From: Octopus vulgaris
Taxonomy: Eukaryota
Reading direction: 5' to 3'
DNA: 64,000 nucleotides
Assembly (NCBI GenBank): GCA_951406725.2
Contig: OX597816.1
Location: 52,266,001 to 52,330,000 of the forward strand
The translations under genes and the position numbers were made by a program. The notes beneath the pieces were generated by a model. That model saw only the letters and a program-made list of their open reading frames with translations, had not been told where the DNA came from and searched no databases. Shown one piece after another: positions 11,401 to 24,264 of this stretch. The first letter of the stretch is position 1, and every line of letters starts with the position of its first letter.

Positions 11401-12059
11401 ATATTAGTATACAGATATTTATATATACGTATACACACACATGTACACACATTCATACACACGCACACCGTACATTTACACATATTCATACATATATATA
11501 TACATGCATAAATGTGAGCGCCTGCATGTTAATATATACTTAACATCACACATTGACATGTTTACATTTCGTTCAAGTGTTTGTATATTAGATGTGTGTG
11601 TGTGTGTGTGTATGTAAATGTTTACTTAAATATTTCAAACAAAACCCGGCTTAATTAATCTAACGAACACAATGAAGAGCTGGAAGTTTACAATGACGCC
11701 TCATCGATCTACCGTAAACAAACTTCTTTCTGACATTTCCACTTCTACTTATTTGATATACCCTTTCCTCGTTTTTATATTCCCCCACTTCACAATTCCA
11801 CCATTGCCCTTCACCCAGTTCAACCGCGATCCGCGATCCTCTAGAATAAGACATTCCATTCCCACACCCATACAGCCTAATATCTATTTTGATTAATCAT
11901 CGCTAGCGGTTGACCCTATTTCCTAATAAACTCAAAAAGAATTTTCGTACTTCATCAAATTGTTGTCTGTTGAGTCTGAAGGTTCTTTGAAAGACATACA
12001 TATTTACATGACCTCATGACTTGGTAGCATATACCATGTTTACCCGAGTGGTTCTTAAA

Positions 12060-12392
12060 TGCGTGGCTCAGTGGTTAGAGAGTCAAGTTCACAATAATGA
12101 GGTTGTGAGTTCGATACCTGGACCGGGCTGTGTAGTGTGTTCTCGAGCCAGACACTTCATTTCACGTTGTTCCAGTTCACTCAGCTGTAGAAATGAGTTG
12201 CGACGTCACAGGTCCCAAGCTGCATCGGCTGTTAACTTTCTCCTGGATAACATTGGTGTTGTGGAGAGGGAAGGCTGGTATGCATGGGCGACTGCTGATC
12301 CTCCATAAACAACCTTGCCCGGACACGTATTACGGAGAACTTTAATAAGTGCAATCCCATGGTCATACATGACCAAAGGGGTTCTTTTTACA
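12060..12392 (+). mobile_element. SINE family D head with alternative tail 2
   Basis: Same head and core as 11144; tail GGTATGCATGGGCGACTGCTG...CATGACC shared with 29670-30082. Confidence 0.85.
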
Positions 12393-13534
12393 ATAGCAAA
12401 GAAACACCAACATCCATCCGGCCCTTCCACTATCATCCCTGCTGCACATCTAGGATGTGACAACTGAGGAAAGAGTTGGACAACACGAGTTCTAATACTT
12501 CTATTCAGCTCAATACAATTTATCTACCGGTGTTTAGAAGCTTGTCCATGTATACTATATCAAATGCGCATGTTTGTCACATAACCTCATTCGTATAAGC
12601 GGATTACGTTTGCAACAAGGACTCGAAATTCTGTTATATAATTTTGTTACTATTTATTTTTTATTCATTTTCTTATTTATTTCATATAAACAAGTATAGA
12701 TTTATTATGTAAGTGCCGTACATATACTGTGTAATACTTATCTCGAAACCACGTTGAACTGTATACGACCGGAGCGAACGTGAACGCTAGACCGTGCAAT
12801 TTACAATTTATCATCTCTCACTCACCATGTTGATTTTAATTCCAAAGGTCAACCAGTACACCAACTTACAGAAGCATATCTTCCTCTTCGTACACACACT
12901 TCGTTCATCACAATAACACATACTTTTGTTACATTTATCCTTTTTTCTCTTTCTATTTCTCTCTTACACAGAAGATTCTCTCGGTAAATTTTTCTCCATT
13001 GAATGATGGATCAGTTAGACATTAAATTCGAAATTTGTTAACTTTTACGATCATAAAAATAACAATCACTTTCGTATTGAACGCTCTTTCGTCAAATATA
13101 TTTGTATTACATAAGTGCGCCATGAACCAAAGCAGTACAGTCTTAGTTCATCTAACTCGAAATATTCAATCATATCACTAAGTGTTAGTCGGTACAGTGA
13201 GATGATGTGAATTAAACAAACGACCATGAGTGACAAATAAGCCATATGAATTGAAGCTGGGATGTATAAGAAGCTAAAGTTGTGAGTATGTGTTTTCTCA
13301 ACTGAATAAATTCAGTAAGACCTGGATTCCAATGCCGTCCAAAATTATTAACTTCCTGTTGACTAATTCTTGTCTTTTCCTTTCTAGTATCTTCAAAAAT
13401 ATAATTATTTACCGCTTCATTCTAGAAATGTTTAACTTCAAACTTATATAAGAAATAATTATTTTAATTTTTGGTTAGAATTACCTCCCTATTCCACACT
13501 CGAACCTTCTATGATAGGATACATGAGCTAATTG

Positions 13535-13965
13535 GGAAATTTAATTGAATGTATGGTTATGAATTTCGTTCGCTACCAAGTGGTTTCAGGTTCAGTCTCA
13601 CTGCGCAGTTTCTTGGACAAGTGTTTTCTGCAAAAGCCCGATCTGACCAATGCTCAATTAATAAATTTGGTAGCTGGAATCCACGTGGAAGCTCCTTGTG
13701 TGCGTATATATCATATGTATAGATACGTGTGTGTGTATATATATTTGTATTTGTTCCCTCACAGCTTGACAACTAGCTTTCGTAATTTTATTTCTTCGTA
13801 GCTTCGCAGTTCTGCAAAAGAGTACGAAAGAATAATACTAGACTTTAAAACAGTAAGTACTGAGTTCAATATTTTTTCTTTTTTTTTTTTTTTTTCGACT
13901 AACCCATTCTGGACAGTATCCCTCCTGTCCGTAGTTCAGTGACTGAAACAGTAAAGAGTAAAAGT
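13535..13965 (+). mobile_element. Old SINE family A copy
   Basis: GGTTCAGTCTCACTGCG..CTTGGACAAGTG and GACTGAAACAGTAAAAGAG tail. Confidence 0.75.
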
Positions 13966-14934
13966 TGTTCTTGAAAGCACGAAGCATAATTTTTCGATCC
14001 CACTTCTATTATATAAAGCTTATCTTTGTTCGATTTTGATTCATATTGCCTTGGGTATATTTTTTCGCAGTGTTAAGAGGATGAAAGTGTTTTCGCTGGA
14101 CAATGTAAATTTCCAACAATAATTGAAATCATGCACCAAAGTAGTCTAAAGTTGTATCACAATTAATAAGTATTTAATAATCACAAATATATTGTATTGT
14201 TTGTTATCGCTGTTCTTCTGAAGGCCCTAAATTAGCAAATTCAGTAGACCTATGTTCAAAGTTTTTGTTTTTCTTTTCGTTTTGTTCATGACCATAATGT
14301 AACCTTTTTATAAATCCGAGCTGTGTTATGTGAAGAATACTTAGCTGCTATTTCTATTGACTTGAGCAACCACCTAAAGATCCTCTCGTTGGTTTCATCA
14401 GTTTATTTCTTTGTAGAACGGAACCATAAGTACATCTTTTACCGCAGTAAACGCCTTCCAGCCTACCCTTATTCCCCGCGAATGTTTGACCTCCATGTCT
14501 CGGCACATATTTATTGTGCGTCCGAAACAAACGTATTCTTTTACCGCTTCGATTTATACGTTTGTTTCGGACGCACAATAAATATGTGTGACGCATTAGC
14601 AGTGTTTCTTTGCTATAATGAACTACGGAACATATTTATCGGAACTAAATTAGCAAGCACTCTATTACAATGACTATATGCGTATTCGTTTGAACGATGT
14701 GTATGTAAATATAAAAAGGGGGAAAGCACTCAGGATTTCTCTTTCTAATACGGTTTGAACTTTCTTGACATCTGTTCCATTTTCCTATCCATTATCCTGC
14801 CAGATTACTTAAAATTTCTTTAACCACTCTCGTATATTAGCACTTACAAGGCTCAGTAATCGATGTATGCGACGACGGCTCACTTAAGACTCCAACAGAT
14901 ATTAGGGACCTCACTACCACCAAAACAACAGTAA

Positions 14935-15135
14935 TCATTTCAATTTTTGGCACAAGGCCAGCAATTTTATGTGGAGGAGTAAGTCAATACCATCGACCCT
15001 AGTACTTGCCTGGTACTTTATTTTTTGACCCACGAAAGGATAAAGCTAACCACTGTGGAATTTAAACCCAGAACGTAAAGAACCGGAAGGAATTCGCTTA
15101 GCACTTTACCTAACGCGCAAACGATTCTGCCATCT
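14935..15135 (-). mobile_element. Decayed SINE family B-related copy
   Basis: GGCACAAGGCCAGCAATTT...CGAAAGGATAAAG...ACGATTCTGCCA. Confidence 0.75.
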
Positions 15136-15152
15136 CGCACTAATAACTTGAA

Positions 15153-15391
15153 AGGAAAAGATAGTTGCTGGGCCTTATAGGTTGCCGGGTTCGATCCTTT
15201 TGAACTTTTATTCGTTTCTTTGTTTTTGTTTTTTTTTTTTTAGAAAAAAAGTTCTAGTTAAAGGTAAAAATTAATCGTTACACAAAATATTTTTTTAGTA
15301 AATTTTTAACATAATGATCATTCGAACTCATTTAACATTTTTGTAATGTCCTTTTCTATGTACGATCAGTTTGATCATAATAAAGATTTTT
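15153..15391. mobile_element. Unclassified 239-bp insertion between 21-bp direct repeats
   Basis: ATCTCGCACTAATAACTTGAA at 15132-15152 and 15392-15412. Confidence 0.6.
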
Positions 15392-16230
15392 ATCTCGCAC
15401 TAATAACTTGAATCAGTATAGAAGCCTCACTGTAGTCACTCGGTTGCACCTCATATAATACAGTCCTGCACATCTCTAAAAGACTAGATGGTTACGGCTG
15501 AACCACTATTGATAGTAGGTATGCTAAATTTCAACTTGAATTAATGTCTAAACAAACAACGACAAAAGAAGCAATAATACTTCAATGATACTTTTGTAGT
15601 GCATTGATGACATAAGTGAGAGATACAATAATTTCAAACAGAAATACTATCCAACTAAAATTTGTGTGATATCGACATACATAAAGCAGTAAACGCTGAA
15701 AAATCTTTAAAGAAAGTAGAATAACAAATGCAGAAGAATAAAGAAATATTTGACAAGTAAAGATCAACGCTTGACATATTTGTAATCTTTTGAGCTACCT
15801 CAACGAATGTAGAGCTCGTCGAAATTTGTTTGTCTGGAAACTATCGGTGCACGTTGTCCGCAGTAATACTTTCGTTTAGTTGGTCAAGTGCAAGGTCGTT
15901 TTTTTTATTTTTCAGAGAAATAAATTAATTAAATCAATAATGCTTAGTATATATGATAGAGCAATGCAGAATCAAGCTTACTGTGTTTTGGTCTCATAAG
16001 ATTGGGCCATACATGGCAGTTGCCCGGAGACTATATGGGTCTAAAGGCTCAATTTTGATTTATGTATGCCGTGGCTTGCCGTCCATATAAGGCTCGGTAC
16101 ATTGATTTACGTTGTAGCCTATAATATTGTTAAACGGCCATGCTTAAGGGGGGGGGGGTTAACTGATAGTGTTAAATAAGTCCTGTCACCTTCATGTGAC
16201 TGCCGCTAATACAACAATGGTAAGTAGAAC

Positions 16231-16815
16231 TTGATTTTTTATTAAACACAAGGGGTTATACACAGAATGGGACAGTACAAAACATTAGGGACACAAAACA
16301 CCACCAAAAAAACAAAACAAAAGCGTATGATAAAGATGAAAAGGGGTGAAATGAGTAATGAAAGCGATGTTAACCGCCCCATCGGTCAACATCACTTACT
16401 TGTCCTCTTACCTAATCGAACTAAACTCTACATAGCCCTCCAATATTACCCCGTAACGTCTCTCAAGTTCCTTTTTCTTTTTCCTGTCTAATCTCCCATA
16501 TATCAATATTTAATCGTTCTTAAGTTCGTCTTGAAGTTCATCCATTTGGCATTTAGATAGCGCCACTTCCATATCCTCACCCCAGTTATCTGGCAATTCC
16601 GCCTTTCCCCAGTCTTTCATTATTTTAAATAAATTTTCATCATTTATAGTACCTACACAATGTTCTTCGGGTCGGGAGGTTTTCTACGTTATCTTGTATG
16701 TTTGTTTTTTGTTTTCTTGTTGGCGGGGGGTGGGTAGGTTTGGTATATGCAGGGGAATGGTGGGCCACAAAGGGTGCGGGTGGTGCTGGGATGGGTTGAG
16801 GTTCAATATAACGTG
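16231..16815 (-). mobile_element. Retroposed insertion with 19-bp TSD and Tx1/SINE-B-like tail
   Basis: TSD CAACAATGGTAAGTAGAAC at 16212-16230 and 16816-16834; tail resembles CCCCTTGTG..TAATAAA. Confidence 0.75.
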
Positions 16816-18916
16816 CAACAATGGTAAGTAGAACGAGAGTAAGAAAGTAACCGTGATAATAATAAGCTCTAGTTCAATTTGAAACACTTTCTTGAATGGG
16901 GATAAAATATCCGAATTATAATACGAAAAATATTACCTGATCAGCTAAGATTCTTCCTTTTTTTTAATGTTGCTTTATTGATTAAACAATTATTTTATAT
17001 TTAAACACCTTCGCATCTTTCATTTTGCCGCCTATAATATACGTACACACGCATATATACACGCACTAAGTGTTCTTTTATATATATATGTATGTGTGTG
17101 TACACATGTATATACATGGTCTTCTGTATGAGTGTGTGTTATGTATGTATACCTATACATATGCCCACACACACACACGTATTATATATGTATATACATG
17201 TGTGTGTATGTGTGTGCGATCGCACGTGTACCTTTAAAGATTTTTCTCTGTCATCCTTAGAACGTAATAAATACATTTAAAATTCTTTAATGGGTGCAAA
17301 CAAGAAGAGATGAAACATCTTTTACCTTCAAAATCTTGATGAAATCAGTTTCAGAGAAAAACCAAGTTTAGCGAAAAATAAGAAACCTACTCGATCGTCA
17401 GCAACATCGAGACTAATTGCAGCCTTGTATTCTCTAAAACAGATCACAATAAATCTTTGAAAATAGAAAAGGAAAGAAAAACATTTTCTCTAAATGGCGC
17501 ATTTTAACACACCTTATATATACCGAGAATATATCATTTGTGCGTATAGTTTGTTTTTGTTTGTTTTGTCTTTTTTTGTTCTTGTCTGTGATTATGATCG
17601 TTGTGGTGGTGGTTTTTGTTTCATTTTCAAGTTTCTTTTATTATTACTTTCATCTATAAAGTAGTTGATGAGGTTTTCAATAGCTTTCGTCTTTACTTAT
17701 ATATGTGTGACGTGTTGGTCTTAGCACAACTGAAGTATAATATATTCGTAATCTGGTACAACTTTTCTTGTTATGATAGTCATACTGTGTGTCAGGCTAG
17801 CTATACTGTCTTTATGTTGTGATTTGGTGTGTCTGGAATATAGCAATAACCAAAAATCTTTCCACTTCTTTTAGCTGATAATACAGAAAGCGAGAATGGT
17901 TGAGGGGAATGACTCATTTGATAAGATAGAATGTAATCAATATATGTGCAAAGAATGAACACATGTAGTCGGATCTGGTGAGAGAAAATCATGGCAAGAG
18001 ACACAGAAAACTGACGTTATTCAGTTACTGTGTTACTACAAAAGAAAATATCCAGTTTTTAATCGACTCATTAAAAGATAAGAAAAAGTTAATATAAAAG
18101 ATATACGCATATCAATGTCTTATGAGTGAATTTGGTAGAAGGAAACTGTATGGAAACCCGTCATGTGTGTGTGAAGAGAGGACAAACAAGGACAGACAAA
18201 CGGATTAAGTCGATTATATCGACCCCAGTGCGTAACTGGTACTTAATTTATCGACCCTCACTTGAATTTATTGAACCTCACTCTAAGTCTTCCATCGTTT
18301 CTTTACCCCTTGCATATTCGAGAGTAAAGGATTTGTCATGGCAGTCTATTGTGAAAAACATAGGTGACACGGTCACCCGGCAAGCGATGTATGTGTAGTT
18401 TGTATTCCATCAGAGGTTTCATAGTTCACTTCAGTCTCAGTCACATTCACTTTCACCATTCTGGTAGCCTCGTCATACATAAGAATTACAGTTTAACTTA
18501 CAAGTGGGTAACTAACTTTGTGTATTGAGGAGTTTGACAAATATCGAAAATTCTCGGTTGAATAACCGGTGTAAATTTTCATTCTTGTGACGTGATGCAA
18601 ACAGAAAATCAGTACTTTATATACATACTTATACACACTCACACCGACAGTTAAAACATTCCTGTCACAACCTGGGACTTTGAATACTGCTTAAATGCAA
18701 GAAAGTATACTAATCCCTTAATATTTGATATTCAATATTTCATCTATTCAATAAAACATCAATACTTCATTTCATTTTACTATATATACTATTTATACCA
18801 TATATTCTACATTAATATTATAAAGAATACAAATAAAACATAAAAACAGAGTTGGAATTCCTTTGAATAATATATATTCCTCTATACACAATCATACAAA
18901 CCCCTTTTCATACATA

Positions 18917-18957
<41 letters not shown>

Positions 18958-19642
18958 GCGCAACAGGCTTCTTTCAGTTTCTGTCTACTAAATCCACTTA
19001 AAGGCTTTGGTCAACCCGGCACGGTAGTAGAAGACACTTCTCCAAGTTGCTATGTAGTTGTGAAGCAAGCTTCTTGCCATGCTTCCACCAGTAATACTAT
19101 ATATTTTTTAATTCAAAAATAGACAGGCAAATGAAAGTGAATTATTTCTTTTCATAAGAAAAGTAGACAGGTAGAGAAGAAAATTATCAACAAGCGGGAT
19201 CGAAACTGATTTGTGTGCATTTGGTTTAGCGGAAGTTTATCAATATTCGATGTCTCTCGCTTCAAAATTCTATTTTGATGTCTAACATAAAATACAAGGC
19301 TTTTCGTATTTAAGAAAGTGGAAATTATTTATGGTGTTCATCATACTACTGTTAACTCTCATAGCAACACTCGTAGTATAAATCAACTAGAACCGACAAG
19401 AGAAACAAGAAAAGCTGTCTCCCAAAGGGTTATGTGTCTACTCTATGCTTATAGTTTCAAGACGTTATATTAACAGCTTTATTTATATTAGACAGCTCAG
19501 ACTGGTTATTCTGTTCTAAGAATTTCTTATTAATATTTTAAGGATGTTCAATAGTTGACGAGAATCACAGAAACTGAAGAAAGCTCTTCGGCAATGTCAC
19601 TGGACCTGCTAGAAATAGCTGTCAACTTTTCTTCAAATCACA

Positions 19643-19859
19643 CTCTTTTACTTGTTTCAGTCATTTGACTGTGGCCATGCTGCAGCACCGCTTTTCGTTG
19701 AGCAAATCGACCCCAGGACTTATTCTTTGTAAGCCTAGTACTTATTCTATCAGTCTCTTTTGCCGAACCGCTAAGTTACGGGGACGGAGACACACCAGCA
19801 TCTGTTGTCAAGCGATGCTGGGAAGACAAACACACACACAAACATATACACATACAAAC

Positions 19860-19891
<32 letters not shown>

Positions 19892-20051
19892 GACGGGCTT
19901 CTTTCAGTTTCCGTCTACCAGATCCACTCACAAGGCTTTGGTCGGCCCGAGGCTATAGTAGCCACCTGCCCAAGGTGCCACGCAGTGTGACTGAACCCGG
20001 AACCATGTGGTTGGTAAGTAAGTTACCTACCACACAGCCACTCGTACGCCT
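19643..20051 (-). mobile_element. SINE family A, full length
   Basis: Near-identical to other family A copies over head, core and tail. Confidence 0.95.
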
Positions 20052-20109
20052 ATAAGCTTGATAAGAGGCAAGACTTTTGACATGTCAGTTGGACTGGAAA
20101 CTATGGTTA

Positions 20110-20340
20110 AGTTGGGCTTAGTGATTAGGATGTCGGACTCATGCTAATAAAACTGCGGTTTCGATTCCTGGACTGGGCGCTGCGTTGTATTCTTGAGCAA
20201 AACACTTCCTTTCACGTTGCTCCAGTCCACTCAGCTGGTAAAAATTAGTAACATTGTGAGAAACCGGTGTCTTGTCCAATGGGGAATATATACACCCAGA
20301 AACTGGGAAACCGGCCCTATGGGACTATATGACTCGGGAA
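20110..20340 (+). mobile_element. SINE family D copy
   Basis: Matches 11144-11400. Confidence 0.85.
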
Positions 20341-20483
20341 AAAACTTTATTCTAAACCATTTTTTTAGATAAACAATAACAACAACAAACACTAGCAACG
20401 GCACCAAATACTGTAACAACAACAACAGCAGCGATAATAATAGCAATAGCTGCAGTAACAAGTGCAACAACTGAAATAGATAC

Positions 20484-20899
20484 TATTTCTTTACTACCCA
20501 CGAGAAGCTAAATACAGAGGAGACAAACAAGGACAGACAAACGGATTAAGTCGATTACATCGACACCAGTGCGTAACTGGTACTTAATTTATCGACCCCA
20601 AAAGGATGAAAGGCGAAGTCGACCTCGGCGGAATTTGAACTCAGAACGTAACGGTAGACGAAATACCTATTTCTTTACTACCCACAAGGGGCTAAACACA
20701 GAGAGGACAAACAAGGACAGACAAACGGATTAAGTCGATTATATCGAACCCAGTGCGCAACTGATACTTATTTAATCGACCTGAAAGGATAAAAGGCAAA
20801 GTCGACCTCGGCGGAATTTGAACTTAGAACATAACGGCAGCCGAAATACCGCTAAGCATTCCGACCGGCGTGCTAACGATTCTTCCAGCTCGCCGCCTT
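20484..20899 (-). mobile_element. SINE family B partial tandem dimer within one 16-bp TSD
   Basis: TSD CAACTGAAATAGATAC at 20468-20483 and 20900-20915; full unit 20668-20899 plus head-truncated unit 20484-20667. Confidence 0.93.
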
Positions 20900-21284
20900 C
20901 AACTGAAATAGATACAAGTGAATATTCACAGCTTAATCTATATGTAACCAATATCTCTCCCTCTCTCTCTCTCTCTCTCTCTTACATATAGGTATGTCTG
21001 TGTGCTTACTTGTAATATATATGTGTGTGTATATATTTGCATGAATGTATGCATTAAATTAAATTAGGCATTGCAAACAAACGAAATTCGTAATTTTAAA
21101 TTGATATTGTGAAACTTGTCGCGTTGCACCACTTTACACTTGACTTAACTGCAAGGTTTAGAAGTTTATATCACATGTTCGATACCATTGCACGGAAATT
21201 AAGCGTCGAGTTGACCAAAACCTTGTGAGTTAAATTAAGCTGAAAGAAACCGTATGGAAAGTCGTTGTAGGGACCGACCTCCTT

Positions 21285-21760
21285 GTTCTTTGGTGTAGAC
21301 GTAATCCGTTGTCCAGTTTAACACCATCACCCAGCCCGTCAGTATATTTAACGGTATTCATCCTGTTACAAGCATTAGAGCACAGGTTTGGTAGCCTTAG
21401 GAAAAGGGGGACCAGATTGAAAGGACTGAAGGCCGACACCGTCTTTGGCACTGTCTTCACCAGTCCGTCGTCTAATTTAACACCTTGCCCTTTCCTACAT
21501 TTAGCTGTATCCATTCTATTACAAGCATTGGGGGTGGCAGGTCTGATAACCTCAGGGAAAGAGGTTGTAGTATAGACTAGACTGAAAGGGTTGGAGACCG
21601 ATGCCATGTTTTCCATGCCTCCATCAATCTGTTATCCAGTTTAACACCATTACCTTACTCTTGAGTACATTTAGCGGTGTCCATTCTGTTACAAGGTCTG
21701 ATGGCCTCAGAAAAGAGGTTGTGAGGTGGACCAGATTGAAAGGACTGAAGGACGACACAT
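21285..21760. repeat. Diverged tandem repeat, three units of about 155-170 bp
   Basis: TCCAGTTTAACACC, CATTCT.TTACAAG and ACCAGATTGAAAGGACTGAAGG-like motifs recur three times. Confidence 0.85.
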
Positions 21761-22359
21761 TCATCCCTGGTCGTCATGCCTCCAACTTTTACAAGTTACA
21801 CCTGAAAAGAAAAGTGAGCTTTGAGAGATAAATATTGCCTGGTAGCAAATTTGTTGGCAGGTGCACAAGAGGGTTGGAATGATACGAGTGCAAGGCCCTA
21901 CCCTTCCTCATCCCAGTTTGCCAGTTAAAAAATTAATAATCTGGGAGTACTAGACTTTTGACAGTGGGAGGATAAGAACCAATCAGCTCTCAAATGATGT
22001 CCGTAACCTGTATTAACTTCGTTGCCGACGTTTTCCTCCTTCAGTAATAATACCCATCTATGAATAGATGGTGGTTCCAGTTAAGCCAAGCCGCACATCA
22101 CTTCTAACAGAGAAAACTTATTAGCAAAGGTATTTCAATCATGACTATCTCCTTTTAAGATTAAGGGGTTATGTGTATTACATTATCCAACACTTCGGTT
22201 ACCCTCTTTAGCATCAACATCTCGCACCAAGAGTATATTTTACAGGAAATCACACTATTGCAAACATTCGTACATTGCCTCAGATTTTGGGAAAACTTCT
22301 TTTATCCCATCAGCTTCTGTGGCACTGAAAATATGAATCGGTTTTCTTCCACAGCTCTC

Positions 22360-23368
22360 TATCAGAGCAGTAAAAGACACAAAAGGAGGGTGTGACACGA
22401 GAAAGAATTAGCTTCAATTTTTTATCAGCTCAAGTGACCGCATAGTGACGCTGTAGTCCTGAACCAAGTATAGACCGTGAAAGGACGTTTTGTGACTAGT
22501 GTCATAAGGAACTCAAAACCCTCTGCCAGTCGGGCAGTCTGGTCGGGAGATATTTTGCCATGGCGTTCCCTAAAGGATCAGTAGTGTGTAAGACCGATGA
22601 CATCATCAGAGGAAATTTGGGTGTCGATGAAAATCAACTGACTTACCTGATCTGTAGCACTTTCGGAACGGAGATCGAGGATAATTTCCAGAAACCCCTG
22701 TCATGACAGAGCCACAGGCAGGATATTGCTGGTTTGAGATAAATTCTACTGGTATGGTGAAACCGTCAGCCAAGCCTGACTGAGATGCACGCACTCGTTC
22801 AGTGCCCGAGAATTGTTGACATGTGGACAAATTCACTATTATTCTTTTGGTGGATGAGCCTCTAATCTTTCACCAAAAAAAAGAAGGTAGTTTTTGTCTG
22901 TATGTAACCATACTGAAAGTTGTGGTATAGAAGACGCGAGCGAAAGGGATTGCGACATGCCAATTCATCTCCGGACGTGGGCTGGTGAATTACTTCGCCG
23001 CCCATCTTTCCAGCAAGTTCCGTCTGAAGAGGAGGAGCCTGCCGCAAAGAGCGTTTGGAAAAAGATGTCTGACAGTGGTAAGAAAGATGAGAATACACGA
23101 GATCGTGCTTGCACGGTCGGTCGGGGCATAAAAGAAAGGAAAAGATTATCAAAAGGGATAACCAGCCGGCGGGTTAATTCACTAACCCGGGACCCAATTT
23201 CCATCCAATCATCACTTATATTTTTAACTCCCATCCGTATAATATATGTAAATCCATCTGTCTTTTCATCTTGTATATAAGGATGTGTGTTTGTCCCCTA
23301 CATGTCCCTTGTCTGTCCTTGTAACGTCCCCTCTATGTAAACCTTTTTATAAGTGAATAAAGAAATTG
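22360..23368 (+). mobile_element. L1/Tx1-clade LINE 3' portion, decayed
   Basis: TFG..DNFQK, MHALVQCP (CCHC region) and FISGRGLVNYFAAHL, homologous to 9160-9600; tail TGTCCTTG..TCCCCTCTATGT..AATAAAGAAA. Confidence 0.82.
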
Positions 23369-24264
23369 GATGAGTCTCTAGTAGGATGAACTTGAAGCTT
23401 TGAATAACCTCTCTTCTATTATCTGAACTCTCGTTGAAGCAGTAGTCGTATCACATCTATCACCAGTTTAACAAATATAGAACAGGCCCACTTTGGGTTA
23501 ATTTATATCTGCACATTATTCCCAATACGAACGTAATTCGAAAAAAGTATTTATCTCAATATTAACCAAGTAGCTGAATGCAAATAAATTTTTTCTCTAT
23601 AGTAAACAAAAATTTGTTTCTTTTTAGTTCAAGTTGTTTCTGAAATACAAGCGATAAGACTGAATCTATCAAAAAAGCAAACGAAAAAAAAGACAGTGGT
23701 ATGTAATTTTTATTTATCTATTATTTTGCATTCGATATGTTAGTGTGTATTTGAATGTATTTAACATTACTAACTATATTAGAGCTAGCAATGGCTGAAA
23801 AAAAATTGTTTTGTTATATACATATGTCTGTGAATAATTCTGTTTCATTTCATGTGTTAAATAAATTAACTTGATTTTCCTGTATCTTGTAGTTCAGCCA
23901 GCGTATGACATATTCAATAGAGTTGAACCACGTACTTATGAAAATATATTTGCTACAAGAAAATCTGTAGTTTCGAAAAGTTTGTCTGCGTGTAGGTGTG
24001 TATCTGTGTATGCTTGCGCGTATACATGTGCATATGCATCTATACATATATATCTAATAATATATAAAATAGAGATGTGCGTATTCACCTTTCTCCCGAA
24101 AACGGCTTCACCAAGTGCTTTCATACTTGTGATGCATGAATAATTTGACCAGGTTCAAATAGGTCTTCATTTGATTTCTTTATTGAAAATTAATAAAAAT
24201 ATTACGGCGATGTACTTGCATAGCAAGTGACTTGGTCTGAGATCGCGTGCTGGAACGAAAACAA

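Noticed and set aside
17326-17480. Possible minus-strand exon with a pyrimidine tract and donor
   Set aside because: No frame stays clearly open with recognisable homology; splice-like signals are common at this base composition.
22391-23455. Apparent solo LTR (TGTGACACGA...TCGTATCACA with an upstream purine run)
   Set aside because: No TSD, and the interior translates to the Tx1/L1 ORF2 C-terminus with a LINE tail, so the termini are coincidental.
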